NCBI GenBank assembly: GCA_964419675.1
Contig: CAYQPN010000002.1
Span: 67,073-131,072, forward strand
Length of the DNA stretch: 64,000 bases
Direction of reading: 5' to 3'
DNA from: an uncultured Candidatus Saccharibacteria bacterium
GTDB taxonomy: Bacteria; Patescibacteriota; Saccharimonadia; Saccharimonadales; SZUA-47
In this document: in pieces, positions 16,841 to 26,857 of the stretch
How the letters are laid out: every line of letters begins with the position of its first letter
How positions within the stretch are numbered: the first letter of the stretch is position 1
Program-made: the position numbers and the translations under genes
Notes under the pieces: model-generated
Told to the model about the DNA's origin: nothing
The model's database searches: none
Seen by the model: the letters and a program-made list of their open reading frames with translations, nothing else

Positions 16841-18562
16841 CTACTTGATTATATTTTTAAGTTGTTCTAATTCTGTAACTTGTCGAAGCAATACGTTTTC
16901 TTCTTTCTCGTCTGCTGATTCAAGTTTATTTAAAATCTGTGTTTTCTTACTCTTTACATAAAAGTCGATCAGTCTTCCAAGGAGTTGCTTTGTTTGATAA
17001 GCCAGTTCGTCCCATTCAGTATGCTGATACGTCTCTTCAAATAGAAGTAACAACATTTTACCATATTCATCTGTTTTTGCCACATTTTGAAAGCTATTCG
17101 TACGCTTAATAAAAGTACTTGCGTCCTCGTTAAAAAAATCTGCGGGTAGTTTTTCGTAATAGTTTCTGAGGTTCGGAACCGACATAAGTATTGCTAAATA
17201 ATGTTGCTGTCTAACTCTTTGTTCAACTACTTCCCTGTCTTCTGATTCTTTAGTTTGTTGAACATGTTTTAGTCTTTTTACCTGAGCAAGCGGTTTTTGA
17301 TTAAACTTTTTACTCAACGATTCTAGGGAAGTGTTAGTCTTTTCGGCTACAATATTTAAATAGTGTTCTTGTTCTACGTTATCCTTAAGCTGTCTAATAA
17401 TATCCAAAACTCTCGACGTAAATACGCGTTTTCCTTGAGCCGTTGAAAGATCACTTGTATTTGCGATTTTTTCGATTAGCCAATCAACCATATACACTGG
17501 TGAGCTGACCGTTTTGCCCCACAGAGTAATATCTTTTTTGATTAATTCATCTGGATCTTTACCTTCAGGAATTGAAATCATACTCAGCTCAAGCCCAAGC
17601 GTTTGTGCCAAAGGAATAGTCCTCTCTGCTGCCTCTTGGCCCGCACGGTCATCATCAAAAGCAACACGCACGTCTCCTGTAAATCTTTGTAGAGTTTTCA
17701 AATGAAAAGTTGTAAGTGCTGTTCCGGCAGATGCTACAACTTGTTTAACCCCCGCTTGGTGACTTGCCACAACGTCAAGATTACCTTCAACCACCACAAC
17801 ATAGCCAGATTTCCTGACGTATTCTTTAGCCATATGCATACCAAATAGCTGTCTTCCCTTGTCATATAAGACCGTGGACGGCGTGTTTATATACTTTGGT
17901 GCTTGAGGGTCATCTTTCAATATTCGTGCCGTAAAACCAACGGCCCTTCCCTGTGCGTCACAGAGCGGAATCATAATACGTGAGCGGAACATGTCAATCA
18001 CCTCATTGTTACGCTTTACAACTAAACCAGCCACTAATAGTTCCTGTTCGCTAAATCCTTTGCCAGTAAGATAGTTGAGTAAATTTTTAACACCGGATGG
18101 TGAGTAGCCAAACTTAAAATCAAGTAATGTTTGTTTCTCATAACCCCTGGTTTGTCGTAAATATTTAAGAGGCTCATTATGTTTCATCAGCTGAACTTGA
18201 TAATATCCCACCGCAGCATTAACGGCTTGGTATAACCTCTCTTTTTGCTGTATGGAAGTCTGAGAACTGACTTCCTTTCTAAATTGGCTAAGATCAACAC
18301 CGGCTTTTCTGGCTAGTTGCTCTAACGCTCCTTTAAAATCTACCCCTTCAACTTGTTCGATGAAACTGATAATATCTCCACCCTTACCGCTGCTGAAATC
18401 ATGCCAGATTTGTTTTTCAGGGCTTACAATGAAACTGGGAGATTTTTCGTTTGTAAATGGGCTAAGACCTTTAAAATTTCTTCCTGCACGTTTGAGCTGA
18501 ACATACTCAGATATAACATCTTCGATGTTTAGCCTGCTTTTAACTTCCGTTACCGCATCCAT
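16841..18562 (-). CDS. dnaG: DNA primase
   Basis: GLSPFTNEKSPSFIVSPEKQIWHDFSSGKGGD zinc-binding region and TOPRIM VVVEGNLDV. The start is placed at MDAVTEV (ATG 18562) rather than the track start 18577. Confidence 0.92.
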   Translation of the reverse strand: MDAVTEVKSRLNIEDVISEYVQLKRAGRNFKGLSPFTNEKSPSFIVSPEKQIWHDFSSGKGGDIISFIEQVEGVDFKGALEQLARKAGVDLSQFRKEVSSQTSIQQKERLYQAVNAAVGYYQVQLMKHNEPLKYLRQTRGYEKQTLLDFKFGYSPSGVKNLLNYLTGKGFSEQELLVAGLVVKRNNEVIDMFRSRIMIPLCDAQGRAVGFTARILKDDPQAPKYINTPSTVLYDKGRQLFGMHMAKEYVRKSGYVVVVEGNLDVVASHQAGVKQVVASAGTALTTFHLKTLQRFTGDVRVAFDDDRAGQEAAERTIPLAQTLGLELSMISIPEGKDPDELIKKDITLWGKTVSSPVYMVDWLIEKIANTSDLSTAQGKRVFTSRVLDIIRQLKDNVEQEHYLNIVAEKTNTSLESLSKKFNQKPLAQVKRLKHVQQTKESEDREVVEQRVRQQHYLAILMSVPNLRNYYEKLPADFFNEDASTFIKRTNSFQNVAKTDEYGKMLLLLFEETYQHTEWDELAYQTKQLLGRLIDFYVKSKKTQILNKLESADEKEENVLLRQVTELEQLKNIIK

Positions 18563-18646
18563 GACAATAAGTATCAAGTATTAGGTAGTAAGTATCAAGC
18601 GTAAGCAACTTGTCACTTCTAACTTCTTTCTTCTATTGCTACAATA

Positions 18647-19240
18647 GTGCTTATGCAACCTGACCAAAACCAGTACAATTTTATTCTAGACCCGTCGCAG
18701 CCCAATAAAAAACCTTCTGCCCTGCAAAATCCAAAACAGCGGAAGATTATGGCAGTAATTTTTGTAGCAGTAGTAGTTTTGTTAGTTACCGTTATTGCAG
18801 CAGTTATTCTTTCATCCGGAAAACAAAGCAACAAAAGTAGTGTTGATGTAGCCGCATACCAGACAGAGTTATTGAGATTAACGGATTTAGGGCTAAAAAG
18901 TGGTAAATCTACCGACGTATTAGGTAAGATTGCAACGCTCCAAGCATTTATAAGTTCTGACCTTTCAGCAACAACATCTCGCCTGGCAAAAAACGGGACT
19001 AAGCTTAGCCCTCTTCAGTTAGGAAGCAAGAGTAGTACCGAAGCTGACAAACAGCTCGAATCAGCTTCAGCTCGGGGTGCTTTTGACGAAGTAATCCTGG
19101 ACGTTATAGAGTCTACTAGTGCATCCTACAAACAGAGTTTGCAAACTGCTCTTAATGAATCAAGTAGCCCTAAGTTTAAAGAAGTTCTTGAAACAGCCGC
19201 AAAGAACATTCTTTCCTACGAAAATATTAGCCTAGACTAA
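18647..19240 (+). CDS. Hypothetical membrane-anchored protein
   Basis: Single TM IMAVIFVAVVVLLVTVIAAVIL followed by a helical soluble region. No family recognised. Confidence 0.5.
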   Translation: MLMQPDQNQYNFILDPSQPNKKPSALQNPKQRKIMAVIFVAVVVLLVTVIAAVILSSGKQSNKSSVDVAAYQTELLRLTDLGLKSGKSTDVLGKIATLQAFISSDLSATTSRLAKNGTKLSPLQLGSKSSTEADKQLESASARGAFDEVILDVIESTSASYKQSLQTALNESSSPKFKEVLETAAKNILSYENISLD

Positions 19241-19605
19241 AGTTCTGGCTTTACCTGAGATAGACCTGTTACTAAGTTGTAGCTATGCAATATAAGTGAT
19301 TCAATTTCTTGTTCATCGAGCTGACCGGTTACTAGTACTGTGTTCCAGTGCTTTTTATTTAAATGATACCCAGGCATGACAGACTCAAACTTATTTCTTA
19401 ATAGTTCAGCAAATGGGGGGTCGCATTTCAAACTTATACTAACCGGGGACTTTTTTTCTGGTATTAGTGCAAACATCTTATCTTCACCTTCAACCGGCAC
19501 TTTATATACAGCTACTTCCTTACCAAACGGGTAATCGAGTTTTGCATTAGGCAAACTTAATAAGTATTCTTCAAGCTTCTTATGCGTCATCTTTATTATT
19601 TTCAA
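19237..19605 (-). CDS. MmcQ/YjbR-family protein
   Basis: LEEYLLSLPNAKLDYPFGKEVAVYKV...KFAL..., the typical YjbR pattern, at 122 aa. Confidence 0.65.
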   Translation of the reverse strand: MKIIKMTHKKLEEYLLSLPNAKLDYPFGKEVAVYKVPVEGEDKMFALIPEKKSPVSISLKCDPPFAELLRNKFESVMPGYHLNKKHWNTVLVTGQLDEQEIESLILHSYNLVTGLSQVKPEL

Positions 19606-20143
19606 ACCAATCTAAATAATGTTGAATTTCAGCTATGCTTGCTTGAATATCTTCGTAAGCACGGTGGACTTCAGGTTTTTCAAAGTTTACCCCGAACTTG
19701 GTTTGCATAACTAGTTTCCAAGAGGTGACGTCTAGCATTCTATAGTGCAATTTTAGCTCCAGCTCAGGCATCCATTGTTTAATAAAAAGCCTATCATTGT
19801 AAATTGAGTTTCCGGCAAGGACTGCAGGCTCAGTGCCAAAATGATGCTCAACAAAAGCAACTAATTCTTTTTCAACAGCTTCTGGTGGTTTAGCGCTTGA
19901 TAACCCCTTAATAAAATCGTCTCTATTTTCAGGAAAGTCTTTCCACCAACTATTTTCTTGCATTCGTCTTAAAACTGTTTCTTTGGGGTGTGCAATTCTA
20001 GCTTCATACGAATCCAGAGTTTCTAAGTTTACATCAGTAACTTCTGCCGCAACTTCCAAGATAACGTCTTGCTCTGGTGAAAGGCCTGTCATCTCCAAAT
20101 CAATCCACAGTAATTTTGTTGGAATAAAATCTTTTTTGCTCAT
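19580..20143 (-). CDS. orn: Oligoribonuclease
   Basis: LLWIDLEMTGLSPEQDVILEVAA (DEDD exo I), later HRAYEDI, at 187 aa. Confidence 0.88.
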   Translation of the reverse strand: MSKKDFIPTKLLWIDLEMTGLSPEQDVILEVAAEVTDVNLETLDSYEARIAHPKETVLRRMQENSWWKDFPENRDDFIKGLSSAKPPEAVEKELVAFVEHHFGTEPAVLAGNSIYNDRLFIKQWMPELELKLHYRMLDVTSWKLVMQTKFGVNFEKPEVHRAYEDIQASIAEIQHYLDWFENNKDDA

Positions 20144-20182
20144 TGCCTACAGTTTACAATCCCTAGGCCACAATTGCTATTT

Positions 20183-20584
20183 CTAGACCGCTTTTTCTTT
20201 AAAATCTAGTGATAGCGAATTTATACAATAACGCATTCCTGTGGGTTGATCTTGCGCATCGTTAAATACGTGCCCAAGATGAGAATCGCAGTTTGAACAC
20301 TTTACTTCTACCCTACTCATACCAACGGAATCATCTTCTAGGAGTTTGACGGCTTTGGTGTTTTTAACATCGTAGAAGCTAGGCCAACCGGAACCACTAT
20401 CAAATTTGGTGGCTGAGTCAAATAATACGTGACCGCAGTTAGCGCACATGTAGTCCCCTGTTTTATCGTTATGCAGTAATTCTCCAGAAAAAGGTGGTTC
20501 TGTCCCACAATCAAACAGCACTCTTTTTTGTTCGTCCGAAAGTTTTGGATTAATGGGTGTATCTTTCATAGTTTTATTATACAA
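20183..20584 (-). CDS. msrB: Peptide-methionine (R)-S-oxide reductase
   Basis: GTEPPFSGE, two CxxC pairs (CANCGH, CSNCDSHLGHVF) and RYCINS. Confidence 0.92.
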   Translation of the reverse strand: MYNKTMKDTPINPKLSDEQKRVLFDCGTEPPFSGELLHNDKTGDYMCANCGHVLFDSATKFDSGSGWPSFYDVKNTKAVKLLEDDSVGMSRVEVKCSNCDSHLGHVFNDAQDQPTGMRYCINSLSLDFKEKAV

Positions 20585-20622
20585 AAACTGCCGATTAGGA
20601 CGGTTTTTTGTTCGTAGCTTGA

Positions 20623-20943
20623 CTACTTTTTCTTATCAAGCTTGGTAAGACCAGCTTTTTCGACTACAAAATATACTACAGTTGCTGTTGCAAGCAATGT
20701 GATTACAGACTGCAGAATTATACCCCAACCAAAAACTTGATTTGAATCTCCAACCGATACCGTAGATTTTATTCCTGATAGATCTGTTCCCTGCAGAACA
20801 ACTCCTACCAAAGGATTAATAAATTGATTAACAATTGCGCTTACTGTACTGCTTGCCTGAATACCTATTGCAAGTCCTATTGCTAAACCTACTACTCCCT
20901 GTTCACGAACAAAAGTCATGAATCCCTTTATATACTTAGTCAT
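20623..20943 (-). CDS. mscL: Large-conductance mechanosensitive channel
   Basis: FVREQGVVGLAIGLAIG N-terminal helix motif, a second TM, and a short basic tail. Confidence 0.85.
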   Translation of the reverse strand: MTKYIKGFMTFVREQGVVGLAIGLAIGIQASSTVSAIVNQFINPLVGVVLQGTDLSGIKSTVSVGDSNQVFGWGIILQSVITLLATATVVYFVVEKAGLTKLDKKK

Positions 20944-21010
20944 TAAAAATTCCTTTTTTTAATAGCAACATACTACAACGAGTAATATATTAATGCAATT
21001 TTAGTTTGCT

Positions 21011-22231
21011 CTACTTTGGTGATTCAGAAAGTCTTCTGACAGCTATAGCAAATGCCGCCTCACGTACCGATGTATGTTCCGTTGAAGCAAAATTGGCTAC
21101 CTCTCTTGTAGCATCCTGCATATATTTTAATAGCTTGCTATTTACAGAGTCAATATCCCAATTCTTACCGTCCAAGTTTTGAACCCATTCTAAATAACTT
21201 ACCACGACTCCACCTGCATTGGCTAGAATGTCCGGAATTACCACAACATTTTTCTCTTCCAGTTTCTCAATCGCTTCTACCTCTACTGGCCCGTTCGCGA
21301 GTTCTAAAATTATGCCCGGCTTAACTTCTTTAAAATTATTTATGTTTACCGCCCCGCCTAACGCTGCCAAGACCAGTACATCAGAATCAGTGCTTAATAT
21401 CGCCTCACTATCTTTATGCACAACCCCTTCCTCTTTAAAGTCGGCAAAGCGTCCGCCTGTCTTTTTGTATTCAACAAGTTTAGCTACATTCAAACCAGTT
21501 CTTTTGACTAGAGTCCCGCTAGAATCGCTAACTGCAACTAGTGACCACTCCTTGTGATTTTTGCTGGCAACATCTGCAAAAAAAGCACCAACATTACCAA
21601 AGCCTTGTACGGCGTATGTTAGATTTCTTGAGAGAGGCGCATCCCCAACTAGCTCAAGATACGTATCAAGTACTATTACTCCACCACGCCCTGTTGCAGC
21701 ATCTCTGCCTTGGCTACCGCCATTAGCAATACTCTTACCAGTAAAGCTAGCTTTTGTTTCATCCCCGGTTAATTTTGAATACTCATCTACCATCCAGTCA
21801 ATAATTTTGGGGTTCGTATTTACATCAGGTGCAGGCACATCTTTATCGGGACCAATAAATTCAACTAGTTTCCTAACGTATCCCCGCGACAGCTCTTCAA
21901 GCTCTTCTGCTGAAAGCTCTTTTGGGTTTAATACTATCCCCCCCTTTCCTCCACCTAAGGGCAAATTCAGAAGTGATGTTTTTAAGCTCATGAGAGTAGC
22001 AAGAGCCCGAACTTCATCAAAATCTACCTCTGGATGAAACCTAATACCGCCTTTATAAGGCCCCCGAGCATTATTGTGTTGCATTCTGAAGCCCTTAAAA
22101 CTTTTACCGTTTTTTAAAGTAATTTCAAATTCATGAGCAGCGTTAACGTATAAAATTTTCTCGAGTTGTTCTTGGCTTAAACCAAGTTTTTTAGAGGCAA
22201 CACTTATTGCCGCATGAGCTGTTTTTAGCAT
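21011..22231 (-). CDS. gdh: Glu/Leu/Phe/Val-family (glutamate) dehydrogenase
   Basis: GPYKGGIRFHP, LPLGGGKGG and the dinucleotide fold VQGFGNVG. Confidence 0.92.
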   Translation of the reverse strand: MLKTAHAAISVASKKLGLSQEQLEKILYVNAAHEFEITLKNGKSFKGFRMQHNNARGPYKGGIRFHPEVDFDEVRALATLMSLKTSLLNLPLGGGKGGIVLNPKELSAEELEELSRGYVRKLVEFIGPDKDVPAPDVNTNPKIIDWMVDEYSKLTGDETKASFTGKSIANGGSQGRDAATGRGGVIVLDTYLELVGDAPLSRNLTYAVQGFGNVGAFFADVASKNHKEWSLVAVSDSSGTLVKRTGLNVAKLVEYKKTGGRFADFKEEGVVHKDSEAILSTDSDVLVLAALGGAVNINNFKEVKPGIILELANGPVEVEAIEKLEEKNVVVIPDILANAGGVVVSYLEWVQNLDGKNWDIDSVNSKLLKYMQDATREVANFASTEHTSVREAAFAIAVRRLSESPK

Positions 22232-22267
22232 CTTGACTACACTTTCTTAAGTTAGAATATTCTAATA

Positions 22268-23770
22268 TTACAGTGCTGTCTTAGCATTTAAGAAATCCTC
22301 AGCGCGATAGCTTATTATTCGCTTGCGGTTTTCGTCCATTTTATTAAACTGTGTAACAGCCGTAGACATGTAGGTGTTCTTTCCAAACCGCTCTTTATTT
22401 TTCTCAATAAATCGCCAATACAGACCGTCCCAAACATCACACCAATCGCCTTTTTCATAATGGCTAAGATTTAGAATGTAATTACTGCTACTAATGAATG
22501 GCTTGGTTGTCATACTCCCGCCGTCAGCAAACTGACTCATTGCGTAAACATTTGGCACTGTAACCCAATCGTAGGCATCAATGTACATTTCCGTGAACCA
22601 TCTATAGACATCGTCGGGGTGGAAGTCGCACAAAAACATAATATTTCCAACCACCATCAGCCGCTCGACATGATGGGCATAAGACCTCGTTAGTGTTTTC
22701 TTGATTACATCATCTACAGGAGGTATCCCAGTGGTGCCGTTATACCAATCTGCTGTGAGTTTTCTATTATGCCCAAATGTATTGCTGGTTCTTAGTACTA
22801 CATTTTGTTTAATATATATGCCACGCACATATTCTCTCCAGCCCAATACCTGGCGTATGAAACTCTCTAGGCTTACTAACGGGACTTCTTTGTTCTCGTG
22901 GTGCTTCAAGGCTCTCTCTACCACTTCCTGGGGGTTTAGTAGACCTGCGTTAAGCAAGGGAGACAAACCGCTGTGATAAATCCAAGGGGCTTGACCATCT
23001 ATTGCGTCTTCATATGGTCCAAAATCATCAAGTCTGCCCTCTAAAAATTCATCTAGCCAATCAGAAGCCTCTTTATGATTGGTTGGCCAAGGAAAATCTT
23101 CTAAACTTCCGGGGTTTTCGGAAAAGTTGTGTTCAACGTACTTGATAGCTTCTTCTACAAACTTATTAGACCCAAACACCTGAAAACTCGGCAATACTTG
23201 GTCTTTTGGCAAACGTTTCCTGGGCTCTTCGTCAAAGCTTAGTTTTCCGCCAACAGGCTTATAGTTTTCTGGGTTAATTAAAATATTAAAACGTTCACGT
23301 TGCCACTGATAAAAGTTCGTAAATTGAGACTTTTGCTTATTCGAGAAGAAATCCTCAACCTCTGCGCGAGTTAGGAAAAAGTTCGGAGAATCTAATTGTT
23401 CAACTGTCGGTGGAGTTGCCAACGATTCTATTGAGCTAACCAGCCTTCTGTTCAAAACTTCGTCAGTCAAATCAAAGTACGTAACTTGGTCGAAATGACT
23501 TAATTTATTCACTATGTCACCTGATTCTAGAAGTTGATGAAACTCAACGTACTCTACCTGATACCCTGCTGGCCACAGAACTTCTTCGACATATCTTTGC
23601 ATGCAACTTCGCATAAAAACCAGTTTCTGTTTGTGAATAAACAAAGGATACTGCTTATCTCTGCCAAATAACAAAGGTTCTTCAACAATAATTACTTGAT
23701 CTACCTCTTTTGGTAGATGCTCCGGTGTAAATAACTGATTCGGGTATAGTAACAGTACGCTTTTACTCAT
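22268..23770 (-). CDS. Cryptochrome/photolyase-related protein of the COG3046 (FeS-BCP / (6-4) photolyase-like) type
   Basis: YAHHVERLMVVGN, DAYDWVTVPNVYAMSQFADGG, LYWRFI. The start is placed at MSKSVLLLYPNQLF (ATG 23770). Confidence 0.82.
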   Translation of the reverse strand: MSKSVLLLYPNQLFTPEHLPKEVDQVIIVEEPLLFGRDKQYPLFIHKQKLVFMRSCMQRYVEEVLWPAGYQVEYVEFHQLLESGDIVNKLSHFDQVTYFDLTDEVLNRRLVSSIESLATPPTVEQLDSPNFFLTRAEVEDFFSNKQKSQFTNFYQWQRERFNILINPENYKPVGGKLSFDEEPRKRLPKDQVLPSFQVFGSNKFVEEAIKYVEHNFSENPGSLEDFPWPTNHKEASDWLDEFLEGRLDDFGPYEDAIDGQAPWIYHSGLSPLLNAGLLNPQEVVERALKHHENKEVPLVSLESFIRQVLGWREYVRGIYIKQNVVLRTSNTFGHNRKLTADWYNGTTGIPPVDDVIKKTLTRSYAHHVERLMVVGNIMFLCDFHPDDVYRWFTEMYIDAYDWVTVPNVYAMSQFADGGSMTTKPFISSSNYILNLSHYEKGDWCDVWDGLYWRFIEKNKERFGKNTYMSTAVTQFNKMDENRKRIISYRAEDFLNAKTAL

Positions 23771-23811
23771 TGCTACTATTGTGCCAGGGGATACAGATAA
23801 GCACAAGTGCT

Positions 23812-25509
23812 TTACATAGATTCTGGAGCTTTAATACCTAATATATTCAGACCGTTTTTTAGAATTTCTGCATATTGGGACACCAGGGTAAGCCTTAACT
23901 CTTCTCTATCACCACCTATCACTTTGTTTGTTTCATAAAAACGGTTAAAAGCTTGAGCGAGTTCAAATATATAACTACATACGTGGTGGGGTGCTAATTC
24001 ATCCACAGCCCTATTGACAACCTCTGTATATTCAGTAAGTTTACGTACTAAACTCCTCTCCCCCGGCTCAAGTATCAAGCTCGTTTCGAAATTCGTCCGC
24101 TGGCCGACGGATTGAATTTCTGATTTGCGGAGAATACTATTCGCTCTGGCGTGTGCGTACTGCAAATAAGGCCCCGAGTTTCCAACAAGACTAACAGATT
24201 CTGCCGGGTCATAAATGACATCTCCGCCAACACGATTTTTTAAGAAGGCGTATTTAATTGCCCCAAGAACCACGTTTTCATCTTCTTTACCTGTGGCTAG
24301 TTTATTGGCTTCACGTGCAGCATTAATTACCTCTTGAGCAAGCAGTACATTCCCTTTCCTGCTACTCATCTTTTGGCCACCGGCTAGTTTAACAATCCCG
24401 TGAGTAATATGCTCTGAACGTTCGAATATCTCAGGCGAAAAAGTCTTTATAACTTCTTGAACGACTTTCATATACTCTACTATGTCGTTCGCAGTAATCA
24501 TGATACTTTTATCAAAATGGTAATCTTGCCATTTTGTAATTGCTAGCCCTAAGTCTTTAGTTTCATAAGTTGGTAGCCCATTTGAATTCAAAAATACCCG
24601 AGTGTGTAGTCCAACTCTCTCTCCTTTAAATACCACCGCGCCGTCGGATTCCTCTAAAACACCCTTTTTTAAGGCCTCCTTGGCGGCTCTAATCCCGATT
24701 TGTGTAGTTGCACTTTCTGGGTAATACTTATCAAACTTTTTAACACCGAGATTCTCATATAGTATTTCAAATCCATCGTAACTCCATTGCCGACAAGTCC
24801 AATATGCTTTAGAAAGCTGAGATTCTTTCTCATTGCTAGTATGCAATTCGTATATCTTTTTATTCAGTTCAATAATTTCAAACTTAGCGGCTTCATCGTT
24901 CTCATAAGCAGTATTTCCTTCGACATACCTAGCACTTACCCATTCAGGGCGCGCTGTCTCAGCTATTGAACTTAAAAACAGTTCAACATCTTGGGCGCCA
25001 ATTGTTTGCATGATTGCCCACATTGCTCTCGCTACATGTAAGCCTACATCGCCTCCAAAATTTACTCGCTTTAGGTCTGCGCCCGCAATCTCAAACAAGT
25101 TACCAATTACATCACCCACAAGAGTTGTATACAGGTGGCCTGCATGCAGAACCTTGAATGGGTTTGGGTCTGAGTATTCACAAACAACCACCTTATCTTG
25201 CCAACTTTTTTCTGATTCAGCTCCTAACCCGTTTAATAAAACTTTATCTGCAACACGAATATTAATAAACCCTGGCCCATCTACCGTCACCTCAATAAAG
25301 TCTTCATTTTCTCGCAGTTTTTTAGCTATATTATCGGCAATTTCTTTAGGATTCTGCTTTAGTTCGCCAGCCAATTGCATCGCAACATTAGTAGTAAAAT
25401 CCCCAAATTTTTCCTCTGGACGTTCCAATATAACTACTGTTTCACGTCCATAGATTTTTTGAACCACTGCCAAAATAGAGTCTGTTATTTTCTTCTTCAT
25501 ATCTGGCAT
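23812..25509 (-). CDS. argS: Arginyl-tRNA synthetase
   Basis: Class I motifs PNPFKVLHAGH and the KMSSRKG loop, plus a C-terminal anticodon-binding DALR-like region. The start is placed at MPDMKKK (ATG 25509). The track ORF extends upstream through unlikely sequence. Confidence 0.92.
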   Translation of the reverse strand: MPDMKKKITDSILAVVQKIYGRETVVILERPEEKFGDFTTNVAMQLAGELKQNPKEIADNIAKKLRENEDFIEVTVDGPGFINIRVADKVLLNGLGAESEKSWQDKVVVCEYSDPNPFKVLHAGHLYTTLVGDVIGNLFEIAGADLKRVNFGGDVGLHVARAMWAIMQTIGAQDVELFLSSIAETARPEWVSARYVEGNTAYENDEAAKFEIIELNKKIYELHTSNEKESQLSKAYWTCRQWSYDGFEILYENLGVKKFDKYYPESATTQIGIRAAKEALKKGVLEESDGAVVFKGERVGLHTRVFLNSNGLPTYETKDLGLAITKWQDYHFDKSIMITANDIVEYMKVVQEVIKTFSPEIFERSEHITHGIVKLAGGQKMSSRKGNVLLAQEVINAAREANKLATGKEDENVVLGAIKYAFLKNRVGGDVIYDPAESVSLVGNSGPYLQYAHARANSILRKSEIQSVGQRTNFETSLILEPGERSLVRKLTEYTEVVNRAVDELAPHHVCSYIFELAQAFNRFYETNKVIGGDREELRLTLVSQYAEILKNGLNILGIKAPESM

Positions 25510-25561
25510 GAGTATATCACCGAAGTCCCCTTTTGTGACCAAAAACTGTATACTAATACGT

Positions 25562-26200
25562 ATGAATGACCCTACTGTGGAGATTGTAACTTTCGTCAGA
25601 AAAATGATGGCTAAAGAAGCCCGACTCATAAATAGACTCTTTAGAGGGAAGTTAAAGCCCGGGCACATAACACTATTGTCGTTTTTAGGTCATATTCCCG
25701 CTGCTTGGGCATTGTATACTTGCCGTCCGATCTTGGCAGCAGTGTTAATAGCTGTGTTTGGAATTTTAGATGCCTTTGACGGAGCCCTGGCACGTGAACA
25801 AAAATCGGCTTCAAAAATCGGCATGCTACTAGACTCAGTCAGCGACCGGTTAAAGGAGATTCTGGTGTATAGCGCACTTGCGGTATTCGTCTCCAATCAT
25901 GTTCCAGAAATTGGGGTTTGGGTTGTGCCGGCTGTACTAGGAACATCTGTTTTAGTAAGTTACGTCAGAGCTAAAGGTGAAACTGCAATAGTCGAGATTG
26001 TGGCTGAAAATTACAGACTAAATAAGGTGTTTTTGTCAGGAATATCTAGATATGAAATACGCACCTTTCTATTAATTATCGGCCTAATCTCCGGCTCATT
26101 AGCGCCAATTTTATATCTGATTCTTGCGCTTAATTTAATAACAGCAATTATGAGATTTTTTGAGGTAGTTACTGTACTTAAAACAGAATCAGTTAAATGA
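25562..26200 (+). CDS. CDP-alcohol phosphatidyltransferase family protein
   Basis: Signature DAFDGALAREQKSASKIGMLLDSVSDR (DGx2ARx8Gx3Dx3D) with multiple TM helices. The start is uncertain (25508, 25562 or later). Confidence 0.85.
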   Translation: MNDPTVEIVTFVRKMMAKEARLINRLFRGKLKPGHITLLSFLGHIPAAWALYTCRPILAAVLIAVFGILDAFDGALAREQKSASKIGMLLDSVSDRLKEILVYSALAVFVSNHVPEIGVWVVPAVLGTSVLVSYVRAKGETAIVEIVAENYRLNKVFLSGISRYEIRTFLLIIGLISGSLAPILYLILALNLITAIMRFFEVVTVLKTESVK

Positions 26201-26853
26201 TAAAAATTGATTTACATACCCACTCTATAGCCTCCAAAGATGGAGGAATAACGCCCGAACAGTACGCTGATATTTTAAAGAACGAAAAACTAGACATAAT
26301 AGCCATAACAGATCATGACAGGATTGATTTTGCCCAAGGCCTACAAAAAGCTCTTGGTTCTGACAAGATAATTGTTGGCGAAGAAATATCTACTGCCGTG
26401 GGAGATGTCATTGGATTATATCTAACGGACATTATTGAACCTGGTCTTAGTATTAAAGACACTATAGACAGGGTCCACGCTCAAGGTGGAATTGTCTATA
26501 TACCACATCCTTTTGAATCGATACGCAAAGGAATAAGCCGAGAACAACTTGATTCTGTATCTGAGAACGTAGACATTGTCGAGGGTTTTAACGGAAGAGC
26601 CTTTTTCCAACATAAAAGCCCTGAAGCAACTGCGTGGGCCAGACTCAACGGAAAAGTAGTTTCGGCCAGCAGTGATGCACATGGTAAATCTGGGATAGGA
26701 CGAACCTACTCCGCTCTCCAAAATACTCCGACAAGAGCTACCCTAGTTCATGAGTTAGCAATTTCTAAGATGGTAGTATCAAGGCCAACACTAACAAGTG
26801 TATTGACACCTAAAATTTATCTTTTAAAGAACCGCTTGAGGGGTCAGAAGTAA
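26197..26853 (+). CDS. PHP-domain metal-dependent phosphoesterase
   Basis: IDLHTHSIASKDG, AITDHD, IPHPF, SDAHG. ATGA overlap with the upstream gene. Confidence 0.85.
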   Translation: MIKIDLHTHSIASKDGGITPEQYADILKNEKLDIIAITDHDRIDFAQGLQKALGSDKIIVGEEISTAVGDVIGLYLTDIIEPGLSIKDTIDRVHAQGGIVYIPHPFESIRKGISREQLDSVSENVDIVEGFNGRAFFQHKSPEATAWARLNGKVVSASSDAHGKSGIGRTYSALQNTPTRATLVHELAISKMVVSRPTLTSVLTPKIYLLKNRLRGQK

Positions 26854-26857
26854 TTAT

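Noticed and set aside
21219-22037. Plus-strand ORFs inside gdh (21219-21557, 21541-21726, 21561-22037)
   Set aside because: They are antisense to a full-length glutamate dehydrogenase with all signature motifs.
25010-25569. Plus-strand ORFs inside argS, and the N-terminal extension of the argS track ORF up to 25668
   Set aside because: The plus-strand ORFs are antisense to argS. The 53-aa extension (MCPGFNFPLKSLF...) is hydrophobic nonsense overlapping the divergent CDP-alcohol transferase gene. MPDMKKK at 25509 is the plausible start.
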